The translations under genes and the position numbers were made by a program. A stretch of DNA of 64,000 bases from Dipteris shenzhenensis (lineage: Eukaryota), in NCBI GenBank assembly GCA_047967505.1, contig CM106538.1; one strand, 5' to 3'. Below, piece by piece: positions 61,883 through 64,000 of this stretch. How positions within the stretch are numbered: position 1 is the stretch's first letter; each line of letters begins with the position of its first letter. Under the pieces are notes generated by a model, which saw only the letters and a program-made list of their open reading frames with translations, was not told the origin of the DNA and searched no databases.

Positions 61883-62930
61883 TAGGGCTTGCAACCTCAT
61901 TAAGGATTTCTCACTATTCTAATTATTAACTGGCCAACTCTATCGTACGAAAAAGATGGCATCATGTGGTGTTGGTGTGTGTGAGATGATGAGTTTGTAG
62001 AAGTGCTCGATGAATCTCACTTAAAGATTGCCAATGGACACTTTGATGCAAAAGTCATGGCACGTAAGGTATTGTAAGCAAGCCTCTAGTGGCCCACTCT
62101 TTTTGCGGATGCAAACTAAATTTGTTAAATGTGCAACCAGTGTTAACAAGTGAAAATGCCCCGAGATTTCAATATGATGCCCCTCACCAGTGTTTTCAAC
62201 CATTTCAAAAGTGGGGTATTGAGGCTAGAGGCCCAATAAGCCTAGTAGCTTAAGGTAGGGGCACTGATGTGTCCTCATGACCACCAATTATTTCACAAAA
62301 TGGGTAGAAGAAAAGGCCACAAGAGGGCCAACCACCAAATTGCTATATGAGAATGTAATTACAAGGTTTGGATTCCCATTGGTGCTAGTCAACGATAGAG
62401 GAACCCATCTCCTCACTGAGAACATCAATATCCTGACAAATGAATTTGTGATTGTCCATCAAAAATCCATAGCCTATCACCCTAGGGTCAATTGCTTAGC
62501 AAAGAGATAAAAAAAGATGTTATGCTTTATCATGAACCAAACATCCAAAGCTAGTTGAACAAATTGGGAGCACAAACACGGTGGCACTAGGACCTATTGC
62601 ACCACATACAAAGTAGCCACCAGCTACACCCTGTTTAGCCTAGTCTTTGGGATAGAGGCAGCCATGCCCAAGGATTTCGTAGTGCCTAGCTTGAGAATTG
62701 TGGTGAGTGAGAGAATATCTATGAATTCCATTTTTGAAAGGCTTATTGATCTTGAAAATCTTGATCAAATTAGACTTCGAGCCACATATTGCCTAAAGAT
62801 TAAAAAAGCATGACGAAAGAAATGGTTCAATCATAACCTTAGAAATGAGGAATTATTTAGGAGGGTAACCTTGCAACTTTATATAGTGTAAGAAATGGAA
62901 AGTAGAAGTATAGACATAGGCCCTATGTCG
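61883..62930 (+). mobile_element. Gypsy integrase (continuation of 55415-56694 after the tandem insertion)
   Basis: FQKWGIEARGPIS, TNYFTKWVEEKA, NVITRFGFPLVLVNDRGTHL, AYHPRVN, TYKVATSYTLFSLVFGIEA. Confidence 0.9.
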
Positions 62931-62974
62931 GTCGAGTGCCTCCTTACCCATTTTTCAAGGAGACAAATGGCTTA

Positions 62975-63400
62975 CCTTATTAGGAGCAACATGACAATAG
63001 AGCAACAATGCAAGAAGTAGAATGCATAGAATACACAATACAGAAAGTACACAAAATGGAAGAGAAAGAGAGACACCGATATATGTGGTTCACCCAGTGT
63101 CAGCTACATCCATGAAGAAATAGCCAATCCTATGTTTTTGTATCTATCCAGTGAGAAGATACAAGATACAAGCAGTATATCCACTTCTCTCATGCTATGT
63201 GAGCCACACACCTTTTTACAAAATTTGACCACACAGTTCATGTGCCAATTTTCATGTATTTTGGACCCTCTTGGAACCCCCCCGGCAACCTACAACCCCC
63301 TTCATAGAGTGGGTATAAACATGCCTGGGTCCAAAGCATGGCTAAAAGCAACCTCTAAAAAAAGGATTATGCTCCACATACAACACATCTAATGTCATTT
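62975..63400 (-). mobile_element. Probable LTR remnant
   Basis: AGAGAGACAC..GTGGTTCACCCAGT..GCTACATCCA motif resembles plant LTR sequence read on the antisense strand; no partner LTR in the window. Confidence 0.35.
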
Positions 63401-64000
63401 TGGCATGTGTGGACATAATTTGGTTGGATGCTAAGTCATCATGCTGGGATGACTATTCTTGTACTCAAGCAAACTTTACTACATATTGTTTGGGGTGTGG
63501 GCATCCAAGAAAAGCCATCATAATACTGTATGCATGTAGCCGTGCCACTTATAGCACCGCTTGCCCTTATTTCAAAAGCCTTTTGTCTCTCTCACTCCTT
63601 TTCTTCATCACCAATCATCCTCTTGCTACTTCTTTGTGCCTTGCCACTTGCTCCCATAATCATTTTCCCCCTTGCCACCTTTGTGATCTCTCTCGCAGTA
63701 GTTCTTCCCTTCCCCACTGCTTCCCTGCAATTCTCCCACACTGCTGCTGCCGAGGTGAACTACAAGCTTTTGACCAACTTGAACCTTTCTTCCACACATG
63801 TTTGCAAATGTTTGAGTTCACTGTGCCTCTCATCAAAGAAATGTAACTACCTTGGAGTGCAACGTCTACTCACTATGAGATAGATAGCATTCTTGCAGAG
63901 TTGGCTCAGGGTGATGCTGTATGGGTGGCGAGTACCTACTCTTGGAGTAGCTTGTAGCTCAGCAGCTATGATTGCCCATGGATGGGCACAAGAAGGTGCC

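Overview
Eukaryotic land-plant genomic DNA, not prokaryotic; the TE landscape and microsatellites suggest a non-seed plant such as a fern, but that is only an inference. The only intact host genes are two G-type lectin (S-domain, SD2-like) non-RD receptor kinases with uninterrupted coding sequences, arranged head-to-head (12724-15384 minus; 17555-20029 plus). A candidate 5'-UTR intron would put both start sites on one compact bidirectional promoter near 15.4-15.7 kb. A phi-class GST pseudogene fragment lies near 5.4-5.8 kb. The rest is nested retroelements: a full-length but disrupted L1-type LINE with a 16-bp TSD inside a Copia integrase, other Copia remnants, a minus-strand Gypsy with an extra 3' ORF, and a fragmented plus-strand Gypsy. 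The plus-strand Gypsy carries a gag-only LTR element, a LINE, a 183-bp palindromic tandem array, an orphan LINE 5' UTR, and a three-LTR tandem non-autonomous element whose middle LTR looks recombinant. All alignments and counts were done by eye, and boundaries of degenerate elements are approximate.
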